The notes: generated by a model from the letters alone, not told the origin. A stretch of DNA of 64,000 nt from an uncultured delta proteobacterium (GCA_963845515.1 CAWJSR010000017.1:21678-85677); one strand, 5' to 3'; shown: positions 46,682 through 57,675, counted from the first letter of the stretch. Translations and numbers: made by a program.

Positions 46682-47005
46682 ATGGCCACGTCGGTTACCA
46701 CCGGGTATCGCCATATCGTTCGTGACGTCAGGATCTGCGGTGGGCGGCCCGTTATCGAGGGGACCCGCACGCCAGTGCAGACGATCGTCGGCTACTACAA
46801 GCTCGGGCTCGGCGTGGAGGAGATCCTCGAAGGGCTGCCGTAGATCACCGCTGCCCAGGTCCATGAAGCGCTCTGCTACTACCATGACCACGTTCAGGAG
46901 ATCGAGTCGGCCGTCGAGGATGACCGCGTAGAGAACGTGATGCGTCGCTACGGTCTCGTGGCCACCCCGGATGGGCGGATCGTGCCGCGAGGAGAGGATG
47001 GCTGA
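46682..47005 (+). pseudogene. DUF433 antitoxin with in-frame TAG at codon 54
   Basis: HIVRDVRICGGRPVIEGTRTPV...LP*ITAAQVHEALCYY. Confidence 0.8.
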
Positions 47006-47195
47006 GGCCCATGTGGCCCATCTCCACCTCGACGAGGATGTCCCACCGGCGCGTCGCAAGTGCGCTGCGCCTGCGGCAATATGACGTCGTGAGTGCCCAC
47101 GATGTCCACCATTGGGGGCTGACCGACGCCGAGCAGCTCGACTTCGCCGCCAGTCAAGGCCGCTCGATCGTCACGTTCAACGTCGCAGACCGCGC
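46998..47195 (+). pseudogene. DUF5615 PIN-like toxin, frameshifted and truncated
   Basis: LHLDEDV..., YDVVSA, GLTDAEQLDFA..QGRSIVTFN.AD. Confidence 0.7.
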
Positions 47196-47199
47196 AAGG

Positions 47200-47359
47200 T
47201 GCGCACGGCACGGGCGCAAGGTCGACGGCGCCCAAGGCGGGTGGATCCCAGTGCAGGGGCGAGGCGCGCAGGTTCGTCAAGGTTCGGTCGTGGTCAATCG
47301 CCGACGGGTCCGCGCACCAAGGGTTCTGTTCACGGATCTGGTCGTCCAACGTCGCCATG
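47200..47359 (-). pseudogene. N-terminal fragment of an AAA+ ATP-binding protein
   Basis: GAGG RBS; MATLDDQIREQNPW...AIDHD.TL; collides with the DUF5615 fragment. Confidence 0.45.
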
Positions 47360-47435
47360 ATGGCACCTCGGCTGCAATCATCCGTGCGGTGAATTCGCAG
47401 TCTGCTGCACGACCGCGCCCTACCCACCTCCCGTC

Positions 47436-50400
47436 CTACCCACCTCCGCGCCGTCCGCCGCCACCCGTGCCCGCGAACGGCAGCCACGCCCGATGCGCGA
47501 GGAGGTCCGCCAGCGCCTCCACCCGCAGCACCAGGTAGCCGCCGCGCTCGGTGACCAGATGGACGTACTGGCCCTCGACGACGCTGGCCACGAACCGCCA
47601 GCGGGAGGGCTGAGCGCGCTCCGCGACCACGTGCGGTCGGGTCGGATCGGCGAGATCGACGAGCGTGAGCCGGCCGCCGCCCACGATGGACACCAGCGGG
47701 CGGCTGCCGAACACGCCCGCACTCAGGTCGCGCCCCGCCGCGTCGGTCACGTCGAACGCCAGTCGACCCACCACCGGCAGGGCGGCCACGTTGGTGGCGT
47801 CGAGCACCAGCAGCCCGGCCGCGGTGAGCAGGCACAGGTAGGGGCCGACCGCCTCCGTGGCGAAGACGCGCTCGCCCACGTCGTGCGCGGCCACGACGGT
47901 GGGCGTCGCCGGGTCGCCGACATCGACGAGCACGACCGTCGTGTCGCCGGCGAGCGCCACGGTGTCGCCATGGCGCGTCACGTAGTTCGCGGCGTACGAT
48001 CGGCCGCCGTAGTCGAGGCCCGTCGAGCCCACCAGGGCCGGACGTTCGGGATCCGAGACGTCGATGACCTCCAGGCGCGTCGCGTACCAGCCCATTCGGG
48101 TCGAGCGGTCGACGAGCAGGAACGCCCGTCCCTGACCCAGCGCGAACCGTCCGGGCGAGGCCTTCCAGGTTCCATCGGCCGCTTCCTCGGGCTAGTACGC
48201 GGCGAGATCGTCCAGCAGGGCCAGACCGCCCACGCCGACGATCCGGAGGCCCCCCTGCCAGCCGCCGTTCACGTACGCCCTGTCGTCGCGGAGCGCGATG
48301 TCATACGCCGGCCAGCCGTGGTCGAGCGCGACAACTGCCCGCGGCGCCGAAGGACTGCCCACGTCGAAGCGCCGCAGCCCGGTGTCCCAGGACGCCACCA
48401 CGGCGGCGGCGCCGTGTACCGCCACGTCGCTCACCGTGCCCAACGCTGCGAGGCGGACGGAGGTCACGGCCCGACCCCAGGCTGAGATGTCGATGGCCAC
48501 GAGATCCCGTGCCGTGCCGGTGCCGGCGAGCGCGAGTGCCCGCTCCGACGAGACCGCCACCGCGTCCGCCACCCGGCCGCTCGACCCGAGCTCGGTCGAG
48601 TTCACCACCATCGGCCCATTCGGCTCGGACGCGTCCACGAGCTGAATCCCTCGGCCCGCAGCCACCACGATCCGGGCACCGACGCCGTCGAGATCCCGTA
48701 CGTCGTCCACACCCGCCACATGCGCCAGCTCGACCGGATGCGTCGGATCGGAGAGGTCCACCACGACGAGCCCCACGTCGCCCGCCAGATAGGCGCGTCC
48801 GGCATGCACGTGCACGGCCGCGGCGCGCGGGCCCGCGAAGTACCCGAGGCGGCGCGGATGGGCGGGGTCGGTGACGTCCATCGTCACGATGCCCCCGCCC
48901 GGGATCGGTCCGGCCCGCGACACGGCCACCGTGGCCAGGGCGGCGTCCACGAAGACGTCGCTGCCGTAGTACGTGCCATCGTCGAAGGGCGCGGCGAGCA
49001 AGGGTGCAGCCGACAGGAGGTGCGGCTGTTCCGGGTTGCGCACGTCGAACACGTAGAAGGTGCCTTCGTAGCCGGTCTCGGCGTACGCGTAGCCGTCGCG
49101 CAGCACGAGGTGCCGCGGCTCGGCGCCGAGGCCATCCAGCCTGCCCGCCTCGACCAGCCGTCCGCGAGCCTCCACGCGGAAGGTCACCAGCATGTCCGCC
49201 GTGGCGCCTTCCGCGTCGCGGCTGGCCGACGCGACGACCAGGTCCTCGGTTGCCGCCACGTCCCGGACACACGCATCGCCAGGCCGCGCGCGGGAGATCT
49301 CGGTGGGCCGCCCGGAGAGATCGAGGATCGCGAGACCGTACTCGCACCAGGCGGCGTAGCCGATGTCCCCGACGACGTCGATGCCGTGCGTCCACGTGCC
49401 CGGGCGGGCGGACCCGAGAACGCGCGGGCCGGCGCCATCCACGTCCGTGTCGACGACAGCCAGCGATGCCCCGCCCACTAAGACGATCGGCCCGCGGGCA
49501 ACCGCCCCGCTCGGGTACGCCAGGTCGTGGACGAACACCGGATCGCGCGTGCCGATGCCCTCCATCTCGTACACGTAGAGCGTGCCGCCGACCACGACGT
49601 GCAGCCGATCGTCGGACACGAACAGGCCCTCCGCCTGCCCGGACAGCTGCAATCTGGCGACGGACCTTGGCGCGCGCGGCGTCTCGAAGTCCATGACCTC
49701 GAACGTGCTGGTGCCGGTGCCGGTGCGCAGCACGTACAGCAGGGAACCCCGGGCGGCGACCAGCACCGGGTACAAGAAGTCGGATGCCTCGCGCTTCCAT
49801 GTCTCCACGAATCCGAGGTCGGCCCGGTATTCGTAGGCACGCAGACCGACCTGCCAGTCCCACACGTACAGGTGCGAGCCCGATGCGGCGAGCGGACCGC
49901 ACACGCCGTCGAGCTCGCGGACGGGTACCGGTTGCGCGGGATCGGTGGTGTCGAGGGCCCAGATCCGAACCTGCCAGCCCGGGCTGCTGCGCCGGTCGCC
50001 GCCGCAAGGGCCGGCGGCCGGGTCGCACCAGATGCTGCCGGCGAACAGGTCTCGCCCGTTGCTCGCCAGCATCACGAGATCGCCGCCGCCCGGCAACTGG
50101 ACGACACCCAGGGGCTCCGGCGCCCGTGGGTCGGAGACGTCGAACACGTAGATGTGGCCGGCCTCGCCCGCCGCGTACGCGTGGTCGCCCATCACGACCA
50201 GGTCCTGCATCGGCTCGGGCACGGGCGGCGACACGCCCACGGTCTCCGCGACGGTATCGGCGGTCAGAACGTACAGCCGGGCGCCCACGGCCGCGTAGAC
50301 GTACGCGTCGTCGACGGCCAGCGCGTCGACCGTGCCGCCGACCGCGCCGATGGTGCGAAAGCCGCCGTCATCGCCGAGCCAGTCCGCGCCCGGCGTGCCG

Positions 50401-50687
50401 GTGACCGAGCCGGCGGCGGCGGCATCGGCCGACCGGTCCATCCATCGCCCGTGCGCGGCCCGCGCCCCGCCGGCGGCGATCGATGGGGCCGCGCCGCAGA
50501 GCGCGTCGACGACGACGATCGCGAGCAACACGAACGCGGCTGCGGCCGGGCGGGCCTTGATCCGCGCCACGGGGCGGGACCGAGCGCGCACAACAGCGAG
50601 AGCGCTGCAGCCCACGATGGGGCGGGGGCGGCAGCGCACGACAGCGAGAGCGCTCCAGCCCACGATGGGGCGGGGGCGGCAGCGCAC
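47436..50687 (-). CDS. Large secreted LVIVD-repeat beta-propeller protein interrupted by one in-frame TAG (48192-48194)
   Basis: Many (L/I)xV(F/V/I)DVSDPxxP repeats; the frame continues past the TAG into ORF 47436-48095; C-terminal AWLPFAG motif. Confidence 0.8.
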
Positions 50688-50692
50688 GACAG
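50586..50692. repeat. 48-bp tandem repeat, about 2.2 copies
   Basis: GCGCAC(A/G)ACAGCGAGAGCGCT(G/C)CAGCCCACGATGGGGCGGGGGCGGCA starting at 50586, 50634 and 50682. Confidence 0.85.
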
Positions 50693-51133
50693 GGTGGGCA
50701 GCAGGGCACCATGATCGCCTCCCGAACGCGACACCGCGAGTACTTCATGGACGTCGCGGCCCGGGCAGACCTTGCAGGCGATCCTCGTCTCGGCCGTCGT
50801 CGATCCGATCTCGGCGTAGCGGTCGCCGATCGGCACCGATCGTCCGACACGCATCCCGTCTGCGGGCGCCCGGGGCACGGCGCCGCCCACCAACCGCTGT
50901 CGCACGCGACGGCTTCGGCGGGCGTGGTGCGCCGGGAAGCGGTGCCGGAGCGGGCGCAAGGGCGCTCCGATGGGGGTCGGCTGCGCCGGGCATGGGGGCT
51001 GGAGACGCGGGTAGGACGGTTGACGCGGGGGGAGAGGGGCCAAGACCGCGGGACGACGACGGGAGCCGCGATCGAGATTCCTATCCCCCGGCAGTACAGG
51101 CACGACCCGTCTTCTTGCCACGCCCTGCGAGCC

Positions 51134-51410
51134 ATGGCAGAGCTACGCAACTGTGGCCGAACTCCTATCGGCAACCACGCGTCTGGGCACCGGCGGACGA
51201 CTTGTGATCCCCGGCCGGCTGCGCCGTGCCGTCGGCCTGGCTCCCGGCGATGAGGTCGTGATCGTCCTGGACGACCAAGGCCTCCGGCTCCTGACCGTGG
51301 AGCAGGCCGTGGCACGCGCCCAGGCTCTGGTCGGACGCTACGTAGCGCCCGGTACGAGCTTGTCGCAGGAACTGATCGAGGACCGGCGGACCGAGGCGGC
51401 GAATGCCTGA
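51134..51410 (+). CDS. AbrB/MazE/VapB antitoxin (5' end uncertain)
   Basis: GGRLVIPGRLRRAVGLAPGDEV...SLSQELIEDRR.EA. Confidence 0.85.
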
Positions 51411-51792
51411 TCCTGCCGTCTTCCTCGACGCCTCGGCGTTGCTGGCCCTGCTCAACGCCGAGCCCGGCGCGGCGCGCGTCGCGGCGGTACTTCCGCAAGC
51501 CGTCGTGTCCAGCGTCAACCTGTCGGAGGTCGTCGCCAAGCTCGCCGATGTCGGTATGCCGGAGGCCGAGATCCACACCGCCCTGGACGGTCTGGGTCTG
51601 GGGGTCAGACCTTTCGGCGAGTCGCTGGCCTACCGTGCGGGCATGTTGCGACCGGCCTCGCGTGCGCTGGGCCTGTCGCTGGGCGACCGCGCGGGGCTGG
51701 CGCTGGCCATGGAGCTCGGCTGCCCGGTGCTCACCACGGACCAGCAGTGGCAGGCGTTGGCTGCGCCGGCAGTCGTGGAAGTCATCCGCTAG
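51403..51792 (+). CDS. vapC: VapC PIN-domain toxin
   Basis: FLDASALLA, VNLSEV, GLSLGDRA.LALA, VLTTD. Confidence 0.92.
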   Translation: MPDPAVFLDASALLALLNAEPGAARVAAVLPQAVVSSVNLSEVVAKLADVGMPEAEIHTALDGLGLGVRPFGESLAYRAGMLRPASRALGLSLGDRAGLALAMELGCPVLTTDQQWQALAAPAVVEVIR

Positions 51793-51799
51793 CCCGAAG

Positions 51800-52385
51800 T
51801 TCGGCGACGGGCACCAGCGGCGTCGTCTCGTCCGCACCCGCGGCGACGTAGGCGACGTCGCGTCGGACGGCAATGTCGGAAGCAGCGCCCGGCAGGTCGG
51901 CGACGCCGATGACGCGCGGGCGACTCGGATCCGCGACATCGATGACCTTCAGGCCGGAACGGCCGTCGGCGAGATAGCAGGAGCGGCCCTCGAGGGCCAC
52001 GTTCCGCGCGTCATCGGTGGTGATCGGGTCGGATGGAAAGCTCGACGGCACGCCCACGGACGGCGGGGAGGCGATCCAGACCGGATCGTCCTTCTGGGAG
52101 CGGTCCTCCGCCTGGGACGCCTCGGCTCCGTGGACGTGCTCCGTCGACGAGACCCGGCTCGATCCGATGAGCTGTGTGTCGCCCCTTGATGCCGTCTTCC
52201 TGGGCGAGGTGAAGAACTTACTCGGGTCCTGGTATCGGTTCCGGTCCGAGCGCGCGAGCCGAGCTGCAGCCCGCTCGGTGCGACCAGCGTCATGTACTTG
52301 CCGTCCACCGAGTTGGGCAGCGAGGCCACATTCGCCTGGTCCTTGTCCGGCGTCCCATCGGCATTGCCGTCGCCTTGCCCGACCC
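51800..52385 (-). pseudogene. Mosaic of secreted-protein fragments (LVIVD repeat; GDGNxDG..D..QANVASLP segment)
   Basis: YLADGRSGLKVIDVADPSRP; GDGNADGTPDKDQANVASLPNSVDGKYMTLVAP; no coherent start. Confidence 0.5.
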
Positions 52386-52654
52386 CCACGCCACTCGCCC
52401 ACGCCCGAATCCTGCGCCACTCTCTCACGCCCGAATCCTGCGCCTGCGCCCGCTCACGTGTCGACGCGCCCACGCCCGCCCACGAGCGCCCGCGCCCAAC
52501 CCCGCGCGGGCACGAGACGAGGCCACGGCGACCGGTGCGCCGTGGCCTCGCGTGCCTTGCCTGCCATCGTCCTCGTTCCGGGGATTTCGCCCGACCGGCA
52601 CTCCTCCCGGACGGTGCGCCGCGCCTCAACGTTGCGCCACCCCTCGGCGTTGCC

Positions 52655-53143
52655 CTACCCCTCGCCGGTGCCCTGCCCCTCGGCGTTGCCCTGCTCCTGA
52701 ACATTCACCGTGATCTTGCGCGGCTTGATCTCTTCCCGCTTCGGCAGGCGCAGATTCAGCACGCCGTTCGCGAACGACGCCTGAACGCGGTCCGGATCGA
52801 TCGGCACGCCCAGCGTGAACCGTCGCTGGAAGCGGCCCCGTGCGCGCTCGCGCAAGATCCAGTTCCGCGTATCTTCGCGCTCGGCCAGCTCGCCGGTCAC
52901 GACCAGGCTGTCCTGCTCGAACGTGACGTCGACCTGGTCAGGCTGCAGGCCGGGCAGCACCATCTCGATGGTCACCGCGTCGCCGTCTTCCCAGGCGTCC
53001 GCGACGGGCATGAATCCGACCGCCGGCGGGCTGCCGCGCTGCGGCATCCGGACGACACTATCCTCGAACAACCGGCTCATGGCATCGCGCAGAGACAGCG
53101 TCTCGCGCACCGGGTCCCATACGTGGATCCTCTGCATGGTCAT
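52655..53143 (-). CDS. Hsp20/alpha-crystallin small heat-shock protein
   Basis: WDPVRETLSLRDAMSRLFE, LPGL, ERARGRFQRRFTL, ASFANGVLNLRLPK.E..KPRKITV. Confidence 0.93.
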   Translation of the reverse strand: MTMQRIHVWDPVRETLSLRDAMSRLFEDSVVRMPQRGSPPAVGFMPVADAWEDGDAVTIEMVLPGLQPDQVDVTFEQDSLVVTGELAEREDTRNWILRERARGRFQRRFTLGVPIDPDRVQASFANGVLNLRLPKREEIKPRKITVNVQEQGNAEGQGTGEG

Positions 53144-53902
53144 GGTCTTCAAGTCTCCTCGTTCATGTCTTGCATGTCTTGCCGCGCCGGAGGATCTTCG
53201 CCGGTCGCGGGGTCGTCGCTCGCGTACGACCGGGCACCATCATATCGGCCCGGCGTTAACCCGGTGCTAGCGGAGTGATAGACCGACGTTAGAACGCCGG
53301 CCTCGGGAGTTGGCGGCGAGCCCCTGGCGCTGATCGACGGTGACGGCCCGTGGGTGCTCGGGCCGATGGTGTTGGGTCTGCTGAGCGTCGGTCTGGTGTT
53401 GATTCCGAACGGCGTGCGAGTGTTCGGGTGGGGCGAGAAGTACGCCAAACGGAATGGACCACTGACGCGGAACGGATGAGGGCGCGGAGGATGGGCCGTC
53501 GAGAGACAACCCGGTGTTCGCGGACCGGTCTGCGGCCGCGGACGGATTCTCGCCTTCTATACATGCGATGAGTACGTTGTAGTGAATATTACGTTGATAT
53601 TAGTATCTACTGTTTTCGAGAGTTTCGAGCGAACCAGTCCGCGGCCGCGGACTGTTCCTTAAATTCATGGGTGAGGCCACAGGACTGGAGGCAGCAAATC
53701 ACCTGCCGGCTGCTCGTCGTCAGGAAACCAACCGCCAATCGATCATCACCGCAAGCCACCGCGTGACCACACACGAGCGGCGGGGGGTTGCCTACCCCTC
53801 GCCGCATTCGTGGTGATCACGTGCGGTGACAACATCTTGATTTGACAGGCTTTTTCGTCGGTACCGGACCCCGGATGGGCTGGCCCCGCCCGCGAGCATG
53901 AC

Positions 53903-55725
53903 CTACCGCCTCCCCCAGAACCGCTCCGCCGGGCACGGGATCTCGACGGCGATCGCGCGGTAGATCGCCTCGAGGTTCTCCCCGTCCGGCGCGTGGTGGA
54001 AGTACTCCGGCTTGGATGCGATCGCGCCCAGCGCCTCCAGGTCCAGCTCCTCGCCCAGCCCGATGGTGAAGATCGTGATCCCGTCGGCCTTGGCGGCGCG
54101 CGCCTGCTCCACCGCCGCCTCGGGACCCACCGGGTTCGCCTTGCCGTCGGTGAGCAGGACCATCGCCGGCGCGTTGCCGGCGCGGCGCTCCTGGCCGACG
54201 AGGACCTCGTGCGCCACCTCTACCGCCCGGTCCAGGCGCGTGGTCGAGGCCATCTCGATCCGGCCGAGGGCCGTATCCAGCGACTGGCGGTCGGAGGTCA
54301 GGCGCTGGAGCACGTACGCGTCCGCGTTGAAGCTGATGATCGCGGCCTGGTCGCCGGCGCCCAGCTGCAGCTCGTCCAGGAAGGCGCTCACCGCTGCGAC
54401 CGCGGCGGCGAGCTTGGTGCCCCCCGCGCGCGTCGGCTGCTGCATGCTCGTCGAGGCGTCGATGACGAGTGCCACGTCCACCCGACGCTGCGCGATGACA
54501 CACGCTTCGCGCAGCGCCAGGGGCAGGAACACCGGCCGCGGGGCGCGGGTCGGCGTCGGCGACGGGGTTGGTGTGTCCTGTGGCGTGGTGGTCGCCGTGG
54601 CGGGGGGCGAAGCCGTTGGCGTGCTCGTTGGTGTGGGTGTTGGCTGGGGGGTGGCGGTGGGCGTCTCGCACGGCCCCGTGACGGTGAGCACACCCGTGGG
54701 CAGCGGCAGCAGCCTGGACTGCCGGGCGGTGTCGGTCAGGACCGCGTGTCCGGTGGCGAAGACCTGTGGGCCGAGGGCGAGCGGCTCGACCTGGTAGGTC
54801 AGCGTGAATGGGCGCGTGATCGGCGCGCTGAAGTCCCAGCGCAGGCGACGGTTGATGGGGTCGACCAGCGCCGGTGCAGGCGCGGCGCTGCCAGGCACCA
54901 ACGCCACCCCCTCCGGCCACGCGTCGTCGACGGAGAGGGCGGCCAGTCTCGTGCGTGCGGCGGCGCCCACCTGCTTCTCGATCGCCGCCGCGAAGTTGCC
55001 GGGCGACACACCCTCAAAGTAGTAGCCTGGGCTCGCCGAGCGCCACCAATCAGAGTAGACCTTGCATGAGAACAGCCAAGCCACATCCGACGATGAACGG
55101 ATCTGCGGCCCTCCTGGCGGTGCTGGGCTCCTCCTACCCAGTCCTGGTACAGCGGATGATCAGGTGGGTGTATCACACCGCCGACGAATACGATCACTTT
55201 GCGCTCGCCACGAGGCACGCCACGAAGCAACTGAGCCGCCTTCGCGAATCCACACTGATAGCACAACCCGGCAAACCCATCATCGTGTAAGACACTCGGC
55301 TCTTAGAGCGCACCTTGCCCTCGTCGTTGGTCAGTTCGAGCAGGATCGTGCCGCTGTCCCGAATGTAGACGATGCCGACCTTCACGTTGGGATTGCTGGA
55401 CATCTGCAGGGCGTCGACGGCCGCGGCAGTCCATCCCCGATGCAAGGGCTCACCGGCTGCTATCGGCATATCCGTATAGCGCCAACACGACGTTGAGTGG
55501 TTCTCCGGGGCAGTACGGTCGCACCTGGAGGCTCACGTCACTGCGCTCACAACTCCTGATCTCATGCGGGCTCACCGTGCGGGTGATCACCGACTGACAC
55601 GCGCTCTCATCGTCCGATGTGCGGTGAGCTGTATGTCGATGCGAGGCTGGACCGACCGCCGTCAGGCTCACCCCGGTCGCCGCGACGATGAGCGTCGCCA
55701 TCGTGGCAGCCGTGAGTCGTCCCAT
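53903..55725 (-). CDS. Secreted double-VWA protein, copy 1 (frameshifted in the 5' half)
   Basis: Signal peptide; degenerate VWA; PT linker; VFLPLALR; C-terminal VWA with DASTS MIDAS and LLTDG; collinear with copy 2. Confidence 0.85.
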
Positions 55726-55833
55726 TACGTTCTCCTTTGCCGGCAGCGGTTGTACCTGCCCTGACTGACGTCACCATGGACAGCGCCGAAGTGCAGCGCC
55801 AGGCCGCCGCCCGCGCTCTGGCGCCATTGAGCA

Positions 55834-57675
55834 CTACCGCCTCCCCCAGAACCGCTCCGCCGGGCACGGGATCTCGACGGCGATCGCGCGGTAGATCGCC
55901 TCGAGGTTCTCCCCGTCCGGCGCGTGGTGGAAGTACTCCGGCTTGGATGCGATCGCGCCCAGCGCCTCCAGGTCCAGCTCCTCGCCCAGCCCGATCGTGA
56001 AGATCGTGATCCCGTCGGCCTTGGCGGCGCGCGCCTGCTCCACCGCCGCCTCGGGACCCACCGGGTTCGCCTTGCCGTCGGTGAGCAGGACCATCGCCGG
56101 CGCGTTGCCGGCGCGGCGCTCCTGGCCGACGAGGACCTCGTGCGCCACCTCTACCGCCCGGTCCAGGCGCGTGGTCGAGGCCATCTCGATCCGGCCGAGG
56201 GCCGTATCCAGCGACTGGCGGTCGGAGGTCAGGCGCTGGAGCACGTACGCGTCCGCGTTGAAGCTGATGATCGCGGCCTGGTCGCCGGCGCCCAGCTGCA
56301 GCTCGTCCAGGAAGGCGCTCACCGCTGCGACCGCGGCGGCGAGCTTGGTGCCCCCCGCGCGCGTCGGCTGCTGCATGCTCGTCGAGGCGTCGATGACGAG
56401 TGCCACGTCCACCCGACGCTGCGCGATGACACACGCTTCGCGCAGCGCCAGGGGCAGGAACACCGGCCGCGGGGCGCGGGTCGGCGTCGGCGACGGGGTT
56501 GGTGTGGGCGGTGGTGTGGCGGTGTTCATCGGGACGGGGGTTGAGGTGTCTGTGGGCGTCGGAATCGAGGTCAACGTTGCCGTGGCGGTGGGAGTATCGC
56601 ATGGCCCAGTGACGGTCAGTACGCCGGTGGGCAGCGGCAGCAACCGCGTCTGCCGGGCGGTATCGGTGATGACCGTCTGACCCCTGACGAAGCGGTGCGT
56701 GCCCAGCGCCAGCGGCTGGACCTGGTACGTGAGCGTGAGCGCGCGCGTGATCGGCGCGCTGAAGTCCCAGCGCAGTCGACGGCTCGCGGCATCGACCAGC
56801 GCTGGAGCAGGCGCGACGCTGCCGGGCACCAGCTCCACGCCCGCTGGCCACTCGTCGTCGACCGAGACTGCTGCGAGATCGGTCCGCATCGTCTTCTGCA
56901 CCAGCGCCGCCATAGCGTTCGCTAGGTTGTGCGGACTCGCGCCGGCGAAGAAGTAGCCGGGAGTGGCGGAGCGCCACCAGTCGCTCACCTCGGAGCACCG
57001 ATCGGCCGGACACCCCACCACGAACGGGTTCGCAGCCGAAGTGGCAGTACGGGCGCCCTGGACCCAGTCCTCGTAATAGTATGAGTAAGGATACCGATGG
57101 CTGGGATCCGGCGGCCAGAATATGAATCCGATAAAGACGATGACCTTGCGCTCGCGCCGACCAGCGACACGTAGTATCTGAGCAGCTTTGCTGAAGGCGC
57201 ATTCCATGCAGAGACCGGGAGCCGCATAGTCATTGTCGTATTCAATGCGACTCTTGCGGCGCACCTGTGCCTCATCGTTGGTCAGTTCGAGAAGGATGGT
57301 GCCCTGCCCGCGGAAATAGACGATGCCGACCGTGACATTGGGATGCACCGACATCTCGAGAGAATCGATGGCGGCGGAAATCCACTGACGAGAGCGGGCC
57401 TGGCCTGTTGCGTCATAGTAGGGTGAGAGAACCAGGACGACGTTCATTCGCTCCCCTGGGCAGTAAGGACCCACCTGGAGGCGCACGTCACTACGTTCGC
57501 AAGTCCTGACCGTGTCTGGCAGGAGGGTACGCGTGACGACGGACAGGCATGTGCTGTTGTCGCCGTCGGCACTTAGGGCCGTGCGCGCAAGAGAGTGCGG
57601 GCCGACTCCAATCAAGCTCACTCCGATCGCCCCGACGATGGCCGTCGCCGTCGCCCCTGCCGTGAGTCGGCCCAT
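55834..57675 (-). CDS. Secreted double-VWA protein, copy 2 (intact, 613 aa)
   Basis: Signal peptide, Cys-containing degenerate VWA, beta-rich domain, PT linker, C-terminal VWA (DVALVIDASTSM...LLTDG...IFTIGLG). Confidence 0.92.
   Translation of the reverse strand: MGRLTAGATATAIVGAIGVSLIGVGPHSLARTALSADGDNSTCLSVVTRTLLPDTVRTCERSDVRLQVGPYCPGERMNVVLVLSPYYDATGQARSRQWISAAIDSLEMSVHPNVTVGIVYFRGQGTILLELTNDEAQVRRKSRIEYDNDYAAPGLCMECAFSKAAQILRVAGRRERKVIVFIGFIFWPPDPSHRYPYSYYYEDWVQGARTATSAANPFVVGCPADRCSEVSDWWRSATPGYFFAGASPHNLANAMAALVQKTMRTDLAAVSVDDEWPAGVELVPGSVAPAPALVDAASRRLRWDFSAPITRALTLTYQVQPLALGTHRFVRGQTVITDTARQTRLLPLPTGVLTVTGPCDTPTATATLTSIPTPTDTSTPVPMNTATPPPTPTPSPTPTRAPRPVFLPLALREACVIAQRRVDVALVIDASTSMQQPTRAGGTKLAAAVAAVSAFLDELQLGAGDQAAIISFNADAYVLQRLTSDRQSLDTALGRIEMASTTRLDRAVEVAHEVLVGQERRAGNAPAMVLLTDGKANPVGPEAAVEQARAAKADGITIFTIGLGEELDLEALGAIASKPEYFHHAPDGENLEAIYRAIAVEIPCPAERFWGRR

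Noticed and set aside
53255..53300. CIRCE element upstream of hsp20
   Set aside because: Only half-site-like sequences (CTAGCAC, CTATCACTC) without the 9-bp-spaced inverted arrangement.
53903..57675. Diversity-generating retroelement explanation for the repeated VWA 3' ends
   Set aside because: No reverse transcriptase is present, both repeats are coding, and the differences are not adenine-specific.
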